NCBI RefSeq assembly: GCF_032191835.1
Contig: NC_083237.1
Span: 11,470,001-11,534,000 of the forward strand
Length of the DNA: 64,000 nucleotides
Reading direction: 5' to 3'
From: Heteronotia binoei
Lineage: Eukaryota
Position 1 is the stretch's first letter. Each line of letters starts with the position of its first letter. The notes beneath the pieces are model-generated. The model was not told where the DNA came from. It saw nothing but the letters and a program-made list of their open reading frames with translations, and did not search any database. A program made the position numbers and the translations under genes. Positions 12,462 to 24,735 of the stretch are shown here, piece after piece.

Positions 12462-12651
12462 CTCTCATTAATAGCTTAGCCTCCTTCTCCTCACCCTACA
12501 GAAAGGTAGTAAATCCCAAATGTTCTCTGGCAGAGAGCTCCACCAAACGGGGGCCAGGTATGAGAAGGCATAACCTTTAGGTCCCCAAGTCAGCAAACAG
12601 GAAAACATTTGAAAATTAAAACAGCACTTAAAATATTATCTAAAACCTAAA

Positions 12652-13495
12652 ACCAGGCCCAGATAGCAGCCACTGCCAAGTCCGCATTTTTTCATCTTAG
12701 GCGGGCAAGGCAGTTGGCTCCTTTCCTGGAGGACGGCGACCTGGCAACAGTGATCCATGCAACAGTCACCTCGAGGCTGGACTACTGCAATGCCCTCTAC
12801 ATGGGGCTGCCCCTGTGCCGAACCCGGAAGTTGCAGCTAGTGCAGAATGCCGCTGCCCGGCTGTTGTTAGGGCTCCCTAGACGGGAGCACATTCAGCCGG
12901 GGCTTCGGGGACTGCACTGGCTGCCGATAACATACCGAGTTCAGTACAAGGTGCTGGTTATGACCTTTAAAGCCCTTTATGGCCTGGGACCTGCCTACCT
13001 TAGGGACCGTCTCTCCCCACATGTTCCCCAGAGAGTGCTGAGATAGGGGTCTCAGAACCTTCTTATAATCCCTGGGCCAAAGGAGGCCCATCTGAAAGCA
13101 ACCAGAGACAGGGCCTTTTCGATTGCAGCTCCTTGTTGGTGGAATCAGCTCCCGGAGGAGGTGAGGGCCCTGCGGAACCTTGAACAGTTCCGCAGGGCCT
13201 GCAAAACAGCCCTCTTCCGGTTGGCAAATAATTAATTGTTATCGGAATGCCTGAATATTCAAATCTCGAACAACAGATTATTGAATACTGGAATACTGAA
13301 GAATTGATTTAAGAAAAGGTAGCATAGTACATATTGAAGTGAGTTTTATGTGTTTTTATGTATTTATTGTATAATTATTAATGTATTTTAAACTGACTTT
13401 GTTAGCTTTTTATGTTGTAAGCCGCCCTGAGCCCACCTCGGTGGGGTAGGGCGGGATATAAATCGAATAAATAAATAAATAAATTCAATAAAAAA
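12652..13495 (+). mobile_element. L2-clade LINE, 5'-truncated
   Basis: ATVTSRLDYCNALYMGLP...LQLVQNAAARLL, tail gtaagccgccctgag...(aata)n. Same family as 40561-43700. Confidence 0.88.
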
Positions 13496-13562
13496 CATAT
13501 AAAGACATAAACACATATGAGCATATTTTGAGCCAACTATCAGACACATCCTAAATGTTGCG

Positions 13563-13665
13563 CTCCTTGGGGAAGCACAGCTGAAGTCCCTTGTGTGGCC
13601 TGACAAACAAAGTGCTAAACCAATCTCACATATGCTTTGCAAAGGCCATTAGTTTAGAGGGAGAG
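13563..13665 (+). promoter_or_regulatory. Candidate OR promoter module (upstream of OR-C; E/F type)
   Basis: ctccttggggaagcacagctgaagtcccttgtgtggcctgacaa...gctttgcaaaggccatt. Confidence 0.5.
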
Positions 13666-13942
13666 TTGCGTAGCACACTACCAACAGGAGACTGCTGGCT
13701 CCAATAGATGGGTAGGATAAACGTTCAGTTTGTGAGCTGAGAAAGTCAAGGGCAATGGAAGGCATCAAGAATGTTACAGACTCAGTCTTGTGGAGTGAAG
13801 CTTCTGCATCCATTCATGTAGTGTGGGTAGCTTCATCTCAGTGGCCTCCATCAGGTCCTTTCTTAGCTGCAGGGGCTTCTTTGTTATCTGAAGAAACAAG
13901 AGCAAAGAACAAAACACTGGGAGGTCAAAAAACAAGAAGAAG

Positions 13943-14220
13943 AAGACCGTAGATTTCTCTGAATCTCTCTGATTTCTCTGATTCTCTCTGGATCAGAGTC
14001 TCCGAGCAGCTTACAATCACCTTTATATTCTTTCCCCACAACAGACACCCTGTGAGGTAGGTGAGGCTGAGAGAGCTCTCACAGAACCTGCCCTTTCAAG
14101 GACAGTTCTGCAAGACCTGACCCAAGGCCATTTTGGCAGCTGCAAGTGGAGGAGTGGGGAATCAAACCTGGTTCCCCCAGATAAGAGTCCGCATACTTAA
14201 CCACTACACCAAACTGGCTC
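13943..14220 (-). mobile_element. Squam3-like (MIR-derived) SINE
   Basis: ccactacaccaaactggctc head (reverse complement), acaccctgtgagg core, aagaag tail. Confidence 0.85.
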
Positions 14221-14344
14221 CAAAACAACCCAAAACTAACACACACCCCTAAAAATGCATGTATCCTTTGGTAACTAGGATTGCAAGTGGCAAGTATTTT
14301 GCTGTATGTGTGTGTGTGTGTGTTAAGTACCATCTAATAGCTTC

Positions 14345-14810
14345 TGACCTGGCAACCTTGAATTAATGACCTACAAAAATATCCTATCATGAACAGCCTT
14401 GCTCAGTTCTTGCAAATTTAGGGCTATGGCTTCCTCTGATAGAATTAATCCATCTCAAGTCAAGTCTTCCTCTTTTTTGCTGCCTCTCAATTTTCTCAAC
14501 ATGATTGTCTTTCCCAGTAACTCTCGTTTTCTCATAATGTGGTCAAACTATGATAGCATCAAACTTCTAGGGAGAGTTCAGGCTTGACTTGATCTAGAAT
14601 CCATTTATTTTTTGATCTCCATAGTATCTACAAAACACTCCTCCAACACCATTGCTACTGAATCAGCTTTCTTCCCATCAGGTGTCCTCATTGTCCAATT
14701 TCCAAACTCATACATAGTAATGGGGAATACTATAGCATAAGATATCTTGATCTTAATCACCAGAGATACGTCCTTACAATTATGGATATTTTCTACTCCT
14801 CTGCCCAATT
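14345..14810 (-). mobile_element. Old RTE-clade LINE 3' fragment
   Basis: YAIVFPITMY-like translation. Paralogous copy at ~35625-36090. Confidence 0.7.
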
Positions 14811-15764
14811 TTGCTAGGGAATATGAGGAGTTTATGATGGCATCATAAAAAGAGTTAGTCCTTCTAAGTAACTGAAATTAATGGAAATAGAATGGTGTAA
14901 CTTGGCTCACAATGGTCCTGTTAAGGTGTTACGTTTTGTATTTGTTATCTGGGATACAACTTTGTGGGATTTTATTTTTATCTAGCCACAAGGTAGTAAT
15001 AGTACTCACTTTGGCTCTCACTGGATCTCTATTTACTCTAAATAAAGATCAAGTGAGAGCCAAAGTAAGTAATATTACTATCTAGTGGTTAGATACGAAT
15101 AAAATTTATATAATCTAAATAACATTTATTTAATCTAAATTATTAATCTAAATTAATTTAAATTGTTAAGGGACGGACAGATATCTGACACAGATGATCT
15201 TTCTAGGTAACCTGTCATTTTTGTTTCTTTCTCCAAAAAGGCTTTGACACCACTTGAAATCTTCTGGAAGCTATAATGCTGAGCACCACCTAATCCAATT
15301 AAACCTGCAAAACATTCTGTATTCTACTCTAAACCTGAAGATCACAGTCCTTCCCTCATGGTGTGAAACATGTATTTTTCTTACCCTGCCCACACTTGCT
15401 GTTCAGTGGAGATTTCTCATACTGAATATACAATCTGATTTAAAAAAAAAAAAAAAAAAGTTTTGAAGACCTAATCCAATTAAGTCTGCAAAGTCCAATT
15501 TAGTCTGTATGGACTCACTATGTGTTGTGCACTTTGCATCCCTGTGAGAAAGGCTGACTATAAATAATGGAAATAAAATTAATAAAATAAAAGGGAAGGT
15601 TATGTGCATATGTCTGCTGGACATTAGGCACTTGTCAGGAGCACAAACCTTTTTTTTTTCTCAGCATATAGGATGAGCCTGGTCTAGGAAAGGGGCTCTA
15701 ATTGAGGAACCAGTGTTAAATTATAGAGATTAAGTAATTAAGAGATGGGGATTGTCCATCCCTT

Positions 15765-16262
15765 TGTTAGGAAGGACAAAAGGAAATACTTATACATACT
15801 GGGAGTGATTACAATCTGGAATTCACTACCAGAGATGTAGTGAATGCCACAAGGATAGACAAAGTTAAAAGACGATTAGATAGTTTTGTGAAGGGTTCAT
15901 CTATCAGTGGCAACTAGTTACAGTGACTAAGGAAAGGAAAGGAAAGGCCCCCTTTGCAAGCACCAGTCATTTCTGACTCGGGGGTGAAGTTGCTTTCAGT
16001 GGCTAAAGGGAACCTCTATTTTCTGAGGCAATCAAGCACTGAGTCCCATTGCCAGGAGGCAACTTCAGGGGAAAATCTCAGCCTCTGTAGCCTGTTGTTG
16101 GCCATCCAAGAGGAACTGGTTGGCCACTGTGTGAGATGGGATGCTGCACTAGATAGATCCAGCAGGGCTCTTGTGGCAGAATGTGCTAGGAGGACAGGGC
16201 AAAATAGGGTCTGTAGAACACAGCAATCATGTTTGTCCACACCTCTTCTTATATTCTTATGA
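15765..16262 (+). mobile_element. Old CR1 3' fragment interrupted by a short Sauria SINE 3' end (~15931-16000, minus)
   Basis: tggaattcactacc...tcttcttatattcttatg tail. Paralog at ~24010-24830. Confidence 0.65.
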
Positions 16263-16417
16263 TAATACTTGATTGATATTTGTCTAATACAGCAAGTCAA
16301 TTATTGACTGTAGTAGCTATGGCCATGTTGATTTAAAATCAAAAAGTTGTATTAATTTAATACTATACAACTAACTACCCATTTACCTTCATTTTCTTTT
16401 AGGCAAGTGTCAAAACG

Positions 16418-17356
16418 ATGAACAGCACCATGGTGAGGGAATTCATACTCATGGGCTTTACGAATAATCGTAAGCTTCAGATCTTGCTCTTTCTTCTACT
16501 GATGGGAACATACCTTTTGACTCTCTCCGGGAATGTGGTGATCATTGTGGTCACACTGTCCGATCACCGTCTCAACACTCCAATGTATTTCTTCCTCCGA
16601 AATTTTGCACTACTGGAGATTGGATTCACCACTTCCATAATTCCCAAAGCAATGGTCAATTTGGCCACCGGACAGAGGACTATCTCCATAGCTGGATGTT
16701 TCGCAGAGTTCTTTTTGTATTTTGTCCTGGGGACCACAGAGTTTTTTCTACTGGCAGTAATGTCTTTTGATAGATATGTGGCTATTTGCCACCCTCTTCG
16801 TTACGCCACCATAATGAATAGCACAATATGCTCACTGCTGGTAGGTTTCTCTTGGGCTGGGGGCTTTTTGCTAATTCTGGGTCCAACAATTGCTTTAACT
16901 CAGATGCCATTTTGCGGCCCAAACACTATAAACCATTTTTTCTGTGACAATGGGCCACTGCTCAAACTCGCATGCAGAGACACAAGTTTTCTGGAGCTCA
17001 TGGATTTCTTCATTGCCGTACTCTCTCTTGTTGGGACTTTGATAGTAACTGTTGTCTCCTATGCCAACATTATTTCTAGCATTTTGCACATCCCATCAAC
17101 TCAAGAGAGGCAGAAGGCTTTCTCCACTTGCTCCTCCCATATTATTGTTGTCTCCTTGTTCTATGGTAGCTGTATCTTTATGTATGTTAGGCCTGCCCAA
17201 AGCGTAGGGTTTGATTTCAACAAAGGAGTCTCCATTTTAAACACTGTGGTGACACCTTTGTTGAACCCCTTTATCTACACTCTCAGAAACAAGCAAGTAC
17301 ATGAAGCTCTCAGAGATGCCAAAAGAAAGATTTGTATTAGAAATTGGGGGAGCTGA
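16418..17356 (+). CDS. Olfactory receptor, family-6-like (OR-C), 312 aa, intact, chimeric
   Basis: All OR motifs present. Acceptor ttttag ends at 16402. The 5' part matches OR-D and the 3' part matches OR-A. Confidence 0.96.
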   Translation: MNSTMVREFILMGFTNNRKLQILLFLLLMGTYLLTLSGNVVIIVVTLSDHRLNTPMYFFLRNFALLEIGFTTSIIPKAMVNLATGQRTISIAGCFAEFFLYFVLGTTEFFLLAVMSFDRYVAICHPLRYATIMNSTICSLLVGFSWAGGFLLILGPTIALTQMPFCGPNTINHFFCDNGPLLKLACRDTSFLELMDFFIAVLSLVGTLIVTVVSYANIISSILHIPSTQERQKAFSTCSSHIIVVSLFYGSCIFMYVRPAQSVGFDFNKGVSILNTVVTPLLNPFIYTLRNKQVHEALRDAKRKICIRNWGS

Positions 17357-17855
17357 TGAATGGATAACAGAAAGCAGGAAAGGATTGTTAGAAGACTCCT
17401 TGAAGCTCCTCCAAATATCTTGGAAGTGTGGCTTTTTCTGGATTTGTGTCAGGGTTCTATGTCAACTATCAAGTCAAAGGCTTTGAAAGGAAATTGTTTT
17501 TCCAACTTTATGAAACAACACTATCCATACTCCCTCTGGGCATATTCAAAGTAGATCCCCTTTGATGGCTCCTTTATTTATGGTCACTGATGCTTCGGGG
17601 TTAATTCCAGGTTCCTGGAGGCAGGTGATTGTGGTATTTGTTAGAAGAACAGACTGTTGTCGTTTCTTCATCAATTCTCCATTACTACAAACATCATAGA
17701 GCAAGCTAGATAGCTAGGACAATATCAATCTCCTTCCTGTCTGCTCAGTATTTACAAAAAAAAAGGAATAGAAGTGGCCCTGTAAACTATTGTCCAATTA
17801 GTTTCCTTCCTGTTTAGGGCAAATTATATGCTGACTACCTTCTGAGTACCTGGAG

Positions 17856-18345
17856 AGCTAGTTTGGTGTAGCTGTTAAGTGTTCAGCCTCTTATCTGGGA
17901 GAATCGGGTTTGGGGAGGGACGGTGGCTCAGTGGTAGAGCATCTGCTTAGGAAGCAGAAGGTCCCAGGTTCAATCCCTGGCATCTCCAATAAGGGTCCAG
18001 GCAAAAAGGTGTGAAAAACCTGAGCTTGAGACCCTGGAGAGCCACTGCCAGTCTGAGAAGACAATACTGACTTTGATGGACCAAAGGTCTGATTCAGTAT
18101 TAGGCAGCTTCATATGTTCATATGATTTCCCACTCCTCCACTTGCACCTGCTGGGATGGCCTTGGGTTAACCATAGCTATCGCAGGAGTTGCCTTGAAAG
18201 GGCAGCTGCTGTGAGAGCCGTCTTAGCCCCACCCACCTCCAGGGTGACTGTTGTGGGGGGAGAAGATATAGGAGATTGTAAGCCGCTCTGAGTCTCTAAT
18301 TCAGAAAGAAGGGCAGGGTATATATCTGCAGTCTTCTTCTTCTTA
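17856..18345 (+). mobile_element. Squam3-like SINE with a nested tRNA-headed SINE (17912-18123)
   Basis: Host head gggtttg|tgatttccc is split by gggagggacggtggctcagtgg...catatgttcata. Confidence 0.85.
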
Positions 18346-18718
18346 GGCTGTAGACTTAGATGCTAGGATCTTCCATGTCAGGGTGTGAAGAAATTGGTTA
18401 TCAATTATATCATATTCACATTGGTTATCGATTATATCATATTCACATCTAAGTTCACCTGGTCAGCAGATATACGTCACAAAAAAGATGCAAGACCACA
18501 TGCTATGTTTATTAATGTGAGATACATTTGACACAGTATCTTGAAAGTACTTTATAAAAGGAGGTACTGCCTACTTTATGTGTGTGTCATTGTATTTTTA
18601 CATATTTTTTGGAGTAAACGTTTTTAAGTATTTTAAATTTGGAGTCTTCCTTCTGACACCTGAACTTTGTATTATTGGTGGAAAGTTCCCTGCTCCAAAA
18701 ATAGCTCTGCCTAAAGTC

Positions 18719-19690
18719 TTTTGTTGTTCAGTTGCACAGTTGAGTCCAACTCTTTGAACCCCATGGACAAAGTCACGCCAGGCCCTCCTGTCTTCCACCA
18801 TCCTCCGAAGTCTGCTCGAATTCGTGTTTGTTACATCAGTAACGCTGTCCAGCCATCTCATCTTTTGCCGTCCCCTTCATCTTTTGCCCTCTATCTTTCT
18901 CAGCATCAGGATGTTCTCCAGTGAGTGCTCTTTTCTCATTTGGTGGCCAAAATATTTGAGCTTCAGCTTCAGCATCTGACCTTCCAGGGAACAGTCAGGG
19001 TTGATTTCCCTTAGGACTGACTGATTTGATCTTCTTGCAGTCCAAGGGACTCTCAAGAATCTTCTCCAGCACCACAGCTCAAAAGCATCTATTCTTCTGT
19101 GCTAGGCCTTCCTTATGGTCCAGCTCTCACAGCCATACATTACTACTGGGAATACCATCGCTTTGACTATATGGACTTTTGTTGGCAGGCTGATGTCTCT
19201 ACTTTTTATTATACTGCCCAGGTTCACCATAGCTGTCCTCCCAAGGAGCAAACGTCTTTTAATTTCATGGCTACAGTCACCATCTGCAGTGATCTTGGAC
19301 CCCAGAAATGTGAAGTCTGTCACTACTTCCATATCTTCTCCTTCTATTTGCCAAGATGTGATGGGGCCGGATGCCATGATCTTAATTTTTTTGAGGTTGA
19401 GCTTCAAGCCTACTTTTGTGCTCTCCTCTTTCACCCTCAACAAGAGGTTCTTTAGGCCATCCTCACTTTCTGCCATTAGAGTGGTGTCATCTGCATATCT
19501 GAGATTGTTGATGTTTTTCCCGGCAATCTTAATTCCAGCTTGTGCTTCGTCCAGGCCAGCATTCCGCATGATGTACTCTGCATATAAATTAAATAAGCAG
19601 GGTGACAATATACAACCTTGTCAAACTCCTTTGCCTGTTCTAAACCAATCAGTTGTTCCATATCCCATTCTGACAGTTATACAGGATCTG
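18719..19690 (-). mobile_element. RTE-BovB LINE, 5'-truncated
   Basis: SPCLFNLYAEYIMRNAGL...NNLRYADDTTLMAESE...GCESWTIRKA, TTDWFRTGKGV, BovB-type 3' end. Absent from the paralogous region near 7.3 kb. Confidence 0.93.
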
Positions 19691-20043
19691 ACCCTTATAC
19701 AGGTTTCTAAAGCATACCACTTGCTAATTCCCTCACAGAAAGACGGGACAGCCAGCATTTCTGGTAACAGTTTATGGAAAAAACTGGCTATAATTTCAAT
19801 CCCACCCAAGGATGCAATCCCTATCAAAGGGCTTGTTAAAAAGATGTATATTATATTGCTTTGCTCAAATTCTAAGTTTTTACATCAATAAGAGACTGCC
19901 TGGAACAAGGATTTAGGCAGAAATCTTTCAGCAGATCAGTGGTCCTCCATCTGGAACACCTTCGTCTATACGGCCCTATCACTCAATATCCAACTTCAAA
20001 CCTATAAGGTGATCTCCAAGTGGTATTTGACCCCTGCTCAATT

Positions 20044-21328
20044 TTGCCTCACTAACCTGTTACATTTCTTTGAGGGGGTGAGCAAACGTGGACAAAGGAG
20101 ACCCGATTAATATTGTTTACCTTGACTTCCAGAAAGCTTTTGATAAAGTTCCTCATCAAAGGCTCTTTAGTAAGCTTGAGAGTCATGGAGTAAAAGTACA
20201 GGTCCTCTTGTGGATCAAAAACTGGCTAATTAATAGGAAGCAGAGAGTGAGTATGAATGGGCAGTCTTTGCAGTGGAGGACATTAAGCAGTGGAGTGCAG
20301 CAGGGCTCAGTACTGGGTCCCATGCTCTTGAACTTGTTCATAAATGATTTGGAGTTGAGAGTAAGCAGTGAAATGTCCAAGTTTGCAGATGACACTAAAT
20401 TGTTCAGGGTGGTGAGAACCAGAGCGGATTGTGAGGCACTCCAAAGGGATCTGTTGAGGCTGGGTGAGTGGGTGTCAACGTGGCAGATGAGGTTCAATGT
20501 GGCCAAGTGCAAAGTAATGCACATTGGGGCCAAGAATCGCAGCTACAAATACAAGTTGATGGGGTGTGAACTGGCAGAGACTGACCAAGAGAGACATCTT
20601 GGGGTCATGGTAGATAACTCACTGAAAATGTCAAGACAGTGTGCGATTGCAATAAAAAAGGCCAACGCCATGCTGGGAATTATCAGGAAGGGAATTGATA
20701 ACAAATCAGCCAGTATCATAATGCCCCTGTATAAATCGATGGTGCGGTCTCATTTGGAATACTGTGTGCAATTCTGGTCACCGCACCTCAAAAAGGATAT
20801 TATAGCATTGGAAAAAGTGCAGAAAAGGACAACTAGAATGATTAAAGGTTTGGAACACTTTCCCTATGAAGAAAGGCTAAAATGCTTGGGGCTCTTTAGC
20901 TTGGAGAAATGTCGACTGCGGGGTAACATGATAGAGGTTTACAAGATTATGCATGGGATGGAGAAGGTAGAGAAAGAAGTACTTTTCTCCCTTTCTCACA
21001 ATCCAAGAACTCATGGGCATTCAATGAAATTGCTGAGCAGTCGGGTTAGAACGGATAAAAGGAGGTACTTCTTCACCCAAAGGGTAATTAACATGTGGAA
21101 TTCACTGCCACAGGAGGTGGTAGCAGCTACAAGCATAGCCAGCTTCAAGAGGGGGTTAGATAAAAATATGGAGCAGAGGTTCATCATTGGCTATTAGCCA
21201 CAGTGTGTATATATGTGTGTGTGTGTGTGTGTGTATATAATTTTTTTGGCCACTGTGTGACACAGAGTGTTGGACTGGATGGGCCATTGGCCTGATCCAA
21301 CATGGCTTCTCTTATGTTCTTATGTTCT
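20044..21328 (+). mobile_element. CR1 LINE, 5'-truncated, open 369-aa RT C-terminal ORF (20088-21197)
   Basis: YLDFQKAFDKVPH, QGSVLGP, FADDTKL, (atgttct)n tail. Absent from the paralogous site at ~7655. Confidence 0.95.
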
Positions 21329-21673
21329 CATTCTATTCCTAATGCATCTCCTTTTGGCTGGAAATTCAGTGGGCTGAGAGCTACCTTCATTCATAATTGA
21401 TGAGCTTGCCGTGCTACCTTTTTGGAAGCAAATCCTTAACAAAATATTTAACATTGCATTGATATTTACTTCAATAAAAATATTTGATTGCAAAACTCTC
21501 TCTCTCACACACACACACACACTGAATTTGTAGAGAATCCAAATTATTTTGGCCCAACTTAATATTTCAGGGATGTACACCCACAGAGCACACACTGATA
21601 AACTTTAGAAAACATAGAGACAGAGTCGATATAGCATAAACAACCTTCATCTAGGGGCACAATAAGTTTTGGC

Positions 21674-21745
21674 CTCTCTAGGGAAGCAGAACTAATCTTG
21701 TGGGTCGTAATGAGGGCAGGACATCTTGGGTACTGCAAAAGTTTT
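21674..21745 (+). promoter_or_regulatory. Candidate OR promoter module (for OR-D), diverged
   Basis: ctctctagggaagcagaactaatcttgtg, then TAATGA, then cttgggtactgcaaaag. The downstream box gagtgaag..tgcatccattc is shared with the 13.8-kb copy. Confidence 0.42.
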
Positions 21746-22269
21746 GTGCTCAGAGTGAAGAATGTTTGCATCCATTCGCATCGGGAAGCAGGAGAGGATC
21801 AGCTTCATCATGGTGGATTGCTAACGTAAGATGGTTGTTCGTCTTCATGGTTCATGACCAAGTCTGGTAAGAGAGGATAACTCTTCCATGCACCAGGCTT
21901 TAGCTCAGTTCTTATGGCCACTATAAAAGTGTTAGTCTTTGAAGATGCCACGGGTATCTTTTTCCTTTCTATTGGCTATGGAATAGAATTTTGAAGAACT
22001 TGCTTTTGTAGGTGCAGAAATCAGAACCAAGAGAAAATGTGGCAGGAGGGCCAAACAACAATGTCCTTTCATCAACGTGGATAGTCCAGGGTGAATATTT
22101 TGTTAAAATTTTGTTTTGGAGTGGGGAACCAAGGGTACTCAATGTGATCCACTATGCAGTACAGATGAGATTGTAGACTACAAGGCAATAGTCAATTTGC
22201 TATTTATGAACAGCATGAAAGTCTGCAGAATGTTTTTATATGGGTTGGATCTTTAGCTTCAAGAAGCAA

Positions 22270-23040
22270 CAATTGAGAGGTGACGTGATAGATGCTTAGA
22301 AAATTATGCCTGGGATAGAGAAGGTAGAGAAAGAAGTACTTTTCTCCCTTTCTCTAAGTACAAGAACTTGTGTGTACTCAATAAAATTAATGAGTAGTAG
22401 GCTTAGGATAGAAAAAAGAAAGTACTTCTTAACTCAAAGTGTAATTAACATGCAACATTCATTGCTGCAGAGTGGTGGCAGGTACAACAAGAAGATAGAA
22501 GATATTGGATTTATATCCTGCCATATACTCTGAATCTTAGAGTCTCAGAGTGGTCACAATCTCCTTTACCTCCTCCCCTCCCCAGAACAGACACCCTGTG
22601 AGGTAGGTGGGGCTAAGAGAGCTGAAACAGCAGCTGCCCTTTCAAGGACTACTGTGAGAGCTATGGCTGACCCAAGACAATTCCAGCAGGTGCTAGTGGA
22701 GGAGTGGGGAATCAAACCTGGTTCTCCTAAATAAGTGTCCAGGTACTTAACCACTACACTAAACCACTAAACCAAGCATAGACAGTTTCAAGAGGGGGTT
22801 GGATAAACTATGGAGCAAAGCTCTGTTCATTGCTATTAGCCACAAAGTATAGATATAACATTATGTGTGGGGCAGTGCTGCTCTGTATTCTTGGTGCTTG
22901 GGGGGGAGGGCAACAGTAGGAGGACTTCTGGAGTTCTGGCCTTGTTGGTGGACCTCTTGATAGCACCTGGTTTTGGATTGCTTTGTGACACAGAGTTTTA
23001 GACTGAATGAGCCATCTGATCTAACATGGCTTCTCTTATA
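22270..23040 (+). mobile_element. Decayed CR1 3' fragment with a nested Squam3-like SINE (~22484-22775, minus)
   Basis: EKVEKEVLFSLS-like translation. 3' UTR resumes after the SINE. Confidence 0.75.
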
Positions 23041-23502
23041 TTGGGTAATTTCCATCAATTTCCTCTCTGTTAGAGATCTCTGATTTGCCTCTCGCATTGT
23101 TCCTGAGGGTCACCTGTCCCCCCAGAAGCAGCATTTTGAGGATATGAATGGACTGTAGCAGAAGGGAGCAGACAGAAAGATTTCAGTTCTTCTGAAAGAA
23201 GTGTGTCATGGGAGTAGACAATTTAGTCCATAGCACACTAGTTTGGCTGCATCATTTAACATGCTTCACATACTTAACTTGGATAAATGCTTAGTGACTA
23301 TATATAGCTTTCTGTAAGTAGGATCCTATTATGTAATTGTTGCACTGATTACTGTATTATGTATCATGCTAATACTTACACTATGTTTTGGTGCCTTTTG
23401 CCTGGATCCAGATGTTACAATCTTAATGCATTGTTTTACTGAATGTCCTATTTTGTTGAACGTATGGACTCACTATGTGTCGTCCACCTTGCATCCCTGC
23501 GA

Positions 23503-23800
23503 GAAAGGAAAGGAAAGGTCCCCTGAGCAAGCACCAATCGTTTCCGACTCTGGGGTGACGTTGCTTTCACAACATTTTCACAGCAGACTTTTTACGAGGT
23601 GGTTTGCCATTGCCTATCCCAGTCTTTTACACTTTCCTCCCAGCAAGCTGGGCACTCATTTTACCGACCTCGGAAGGATGGAAGGCTGAGTCAACCTTGG
23701 GCCGGCTACCTGAACCAGCTTTCACTGGGATAGAACTCAGGTCAGGAGTAGAAAGTTCAGATCACAGCACTGCTGCTTTACCACTCTGCGCCACAGGGCC
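23503..23800 (-). mobile_element. Sauria SINE, near full length
   Basis: (ggaaa)n tail plus gtttccgactctggggtgacg...gatggaaggctgagtcaacc. Approximate TSD gagaa(a)gg. Empty site at 15545. Confidence 0.9.
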
Positions 23801-24342
23801 GCTATGTGAGAAGGACTGACTATAAATAGTGGAAATAAAATGAATAAAATAAAAGGGGAGGATTCTGTGCATATGTCTGCTGTATATTAGGAATTCATCC
23901 GGAGCACAAAACTTTTCTCAACCTATAGGGTTAGACTAGTCTAACTTCTAATGGGGGAACCAGGATTAGGTTATAGAGATTAAGTAACTGAGAGAGGAGG
24001 ATTGTCCATCCCTTTGTCGGGATGGACAAAAGGAAATACTTACTTACACTGAGAGTGATTACAATGTGGAATTCACTAACAGAGGATGTAGTGAATGCCA
24101 CAAGGATAGACAGCTTTAAAAGGGAATTAGATCTTTGGAGGAATGGTCTATCTGTGGAAATTATGGTGACTAAAGAGAACCTCTAATTTCAAAGGCAATC
24201 AAGCACTGAGTCCCAGTGCAAGGAGGCAACTTCAGGGGAAGGTCTCAACCTCTATGGGCTGTTCTTGGCCATCCAGAGGAACTGATTGGCCACTGTGTGA
24301 AATGGAATGCTGGACTAGATGGACCACTGGTCTGAACCAGCA

Positions 24343-24735
24343 GGAGACCCAGTTTGGTGTAGTGGTTCAGTGTGCGGACTCTTATCTGGGAGAACCGGGT
24401 TTGATTCCCCACTCCTCCACTTGCACCTGCTAGCATGGCCTTGGGTCAGCCACAGCCCTGGCAGAGGTTGTCCTTGAAAGGGCAGCTGCTGTGAGAGCCC
24501 TCTCCAGCCCCACCCACCTCACAGGGTGTCTGTTGTGGGGGAGGAAGGTAAAGGAGATTGTGAGCCGCTCTGAGACTCTTCGGAGTGGAGGGCGGGATAT
24601 AAATCCAATATCTTCATCTACCTCACAGGGTGTCTGTTGTGGGGGAGGAAGGGAAAGGAGATTGTGAGCCGCTCTGAGACTCTCCGGAGTGGAGGGCAGG
24701 ATATAAATCCAATATCTTCTTCTTATTCTTCTTAT
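24343..24735 (+). mobile_element. Squam3-like SINE with duplicated 3' module
   Basis: cctcacagggtgtc...ataaatccaatatcttc occurs twice. Confidence 0.88.

Noticed and set aside
11916-12580. Long GC-rich overlapping ORFs (also 3330-3781)
   Set aside because: Inside non-autonomous hAT elements; stop-poor composition and no transposase motifs.
15556-15570. TATAAATA conserved in both OR-C and OR-D upstream regions (also 23820)
   Set aside because: AT-rich context and retention is explained by the recent duplication; no independent support as a TATA box.
17912-17990. tRNA genes (also at 2830-3197, 28790, 38970, 51592)
   Set aside because: The tRNA-like A/B boxes continue directly into SINE body and tail, so these are SINE heads.
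20088-21197. 369-aa RT ORF as a domesticated gene
   Set aside because: A 5'-truncated CR1 with its tail, nearly identical to the copy at 32.6-33.9 kb and absent from the paralogous site.
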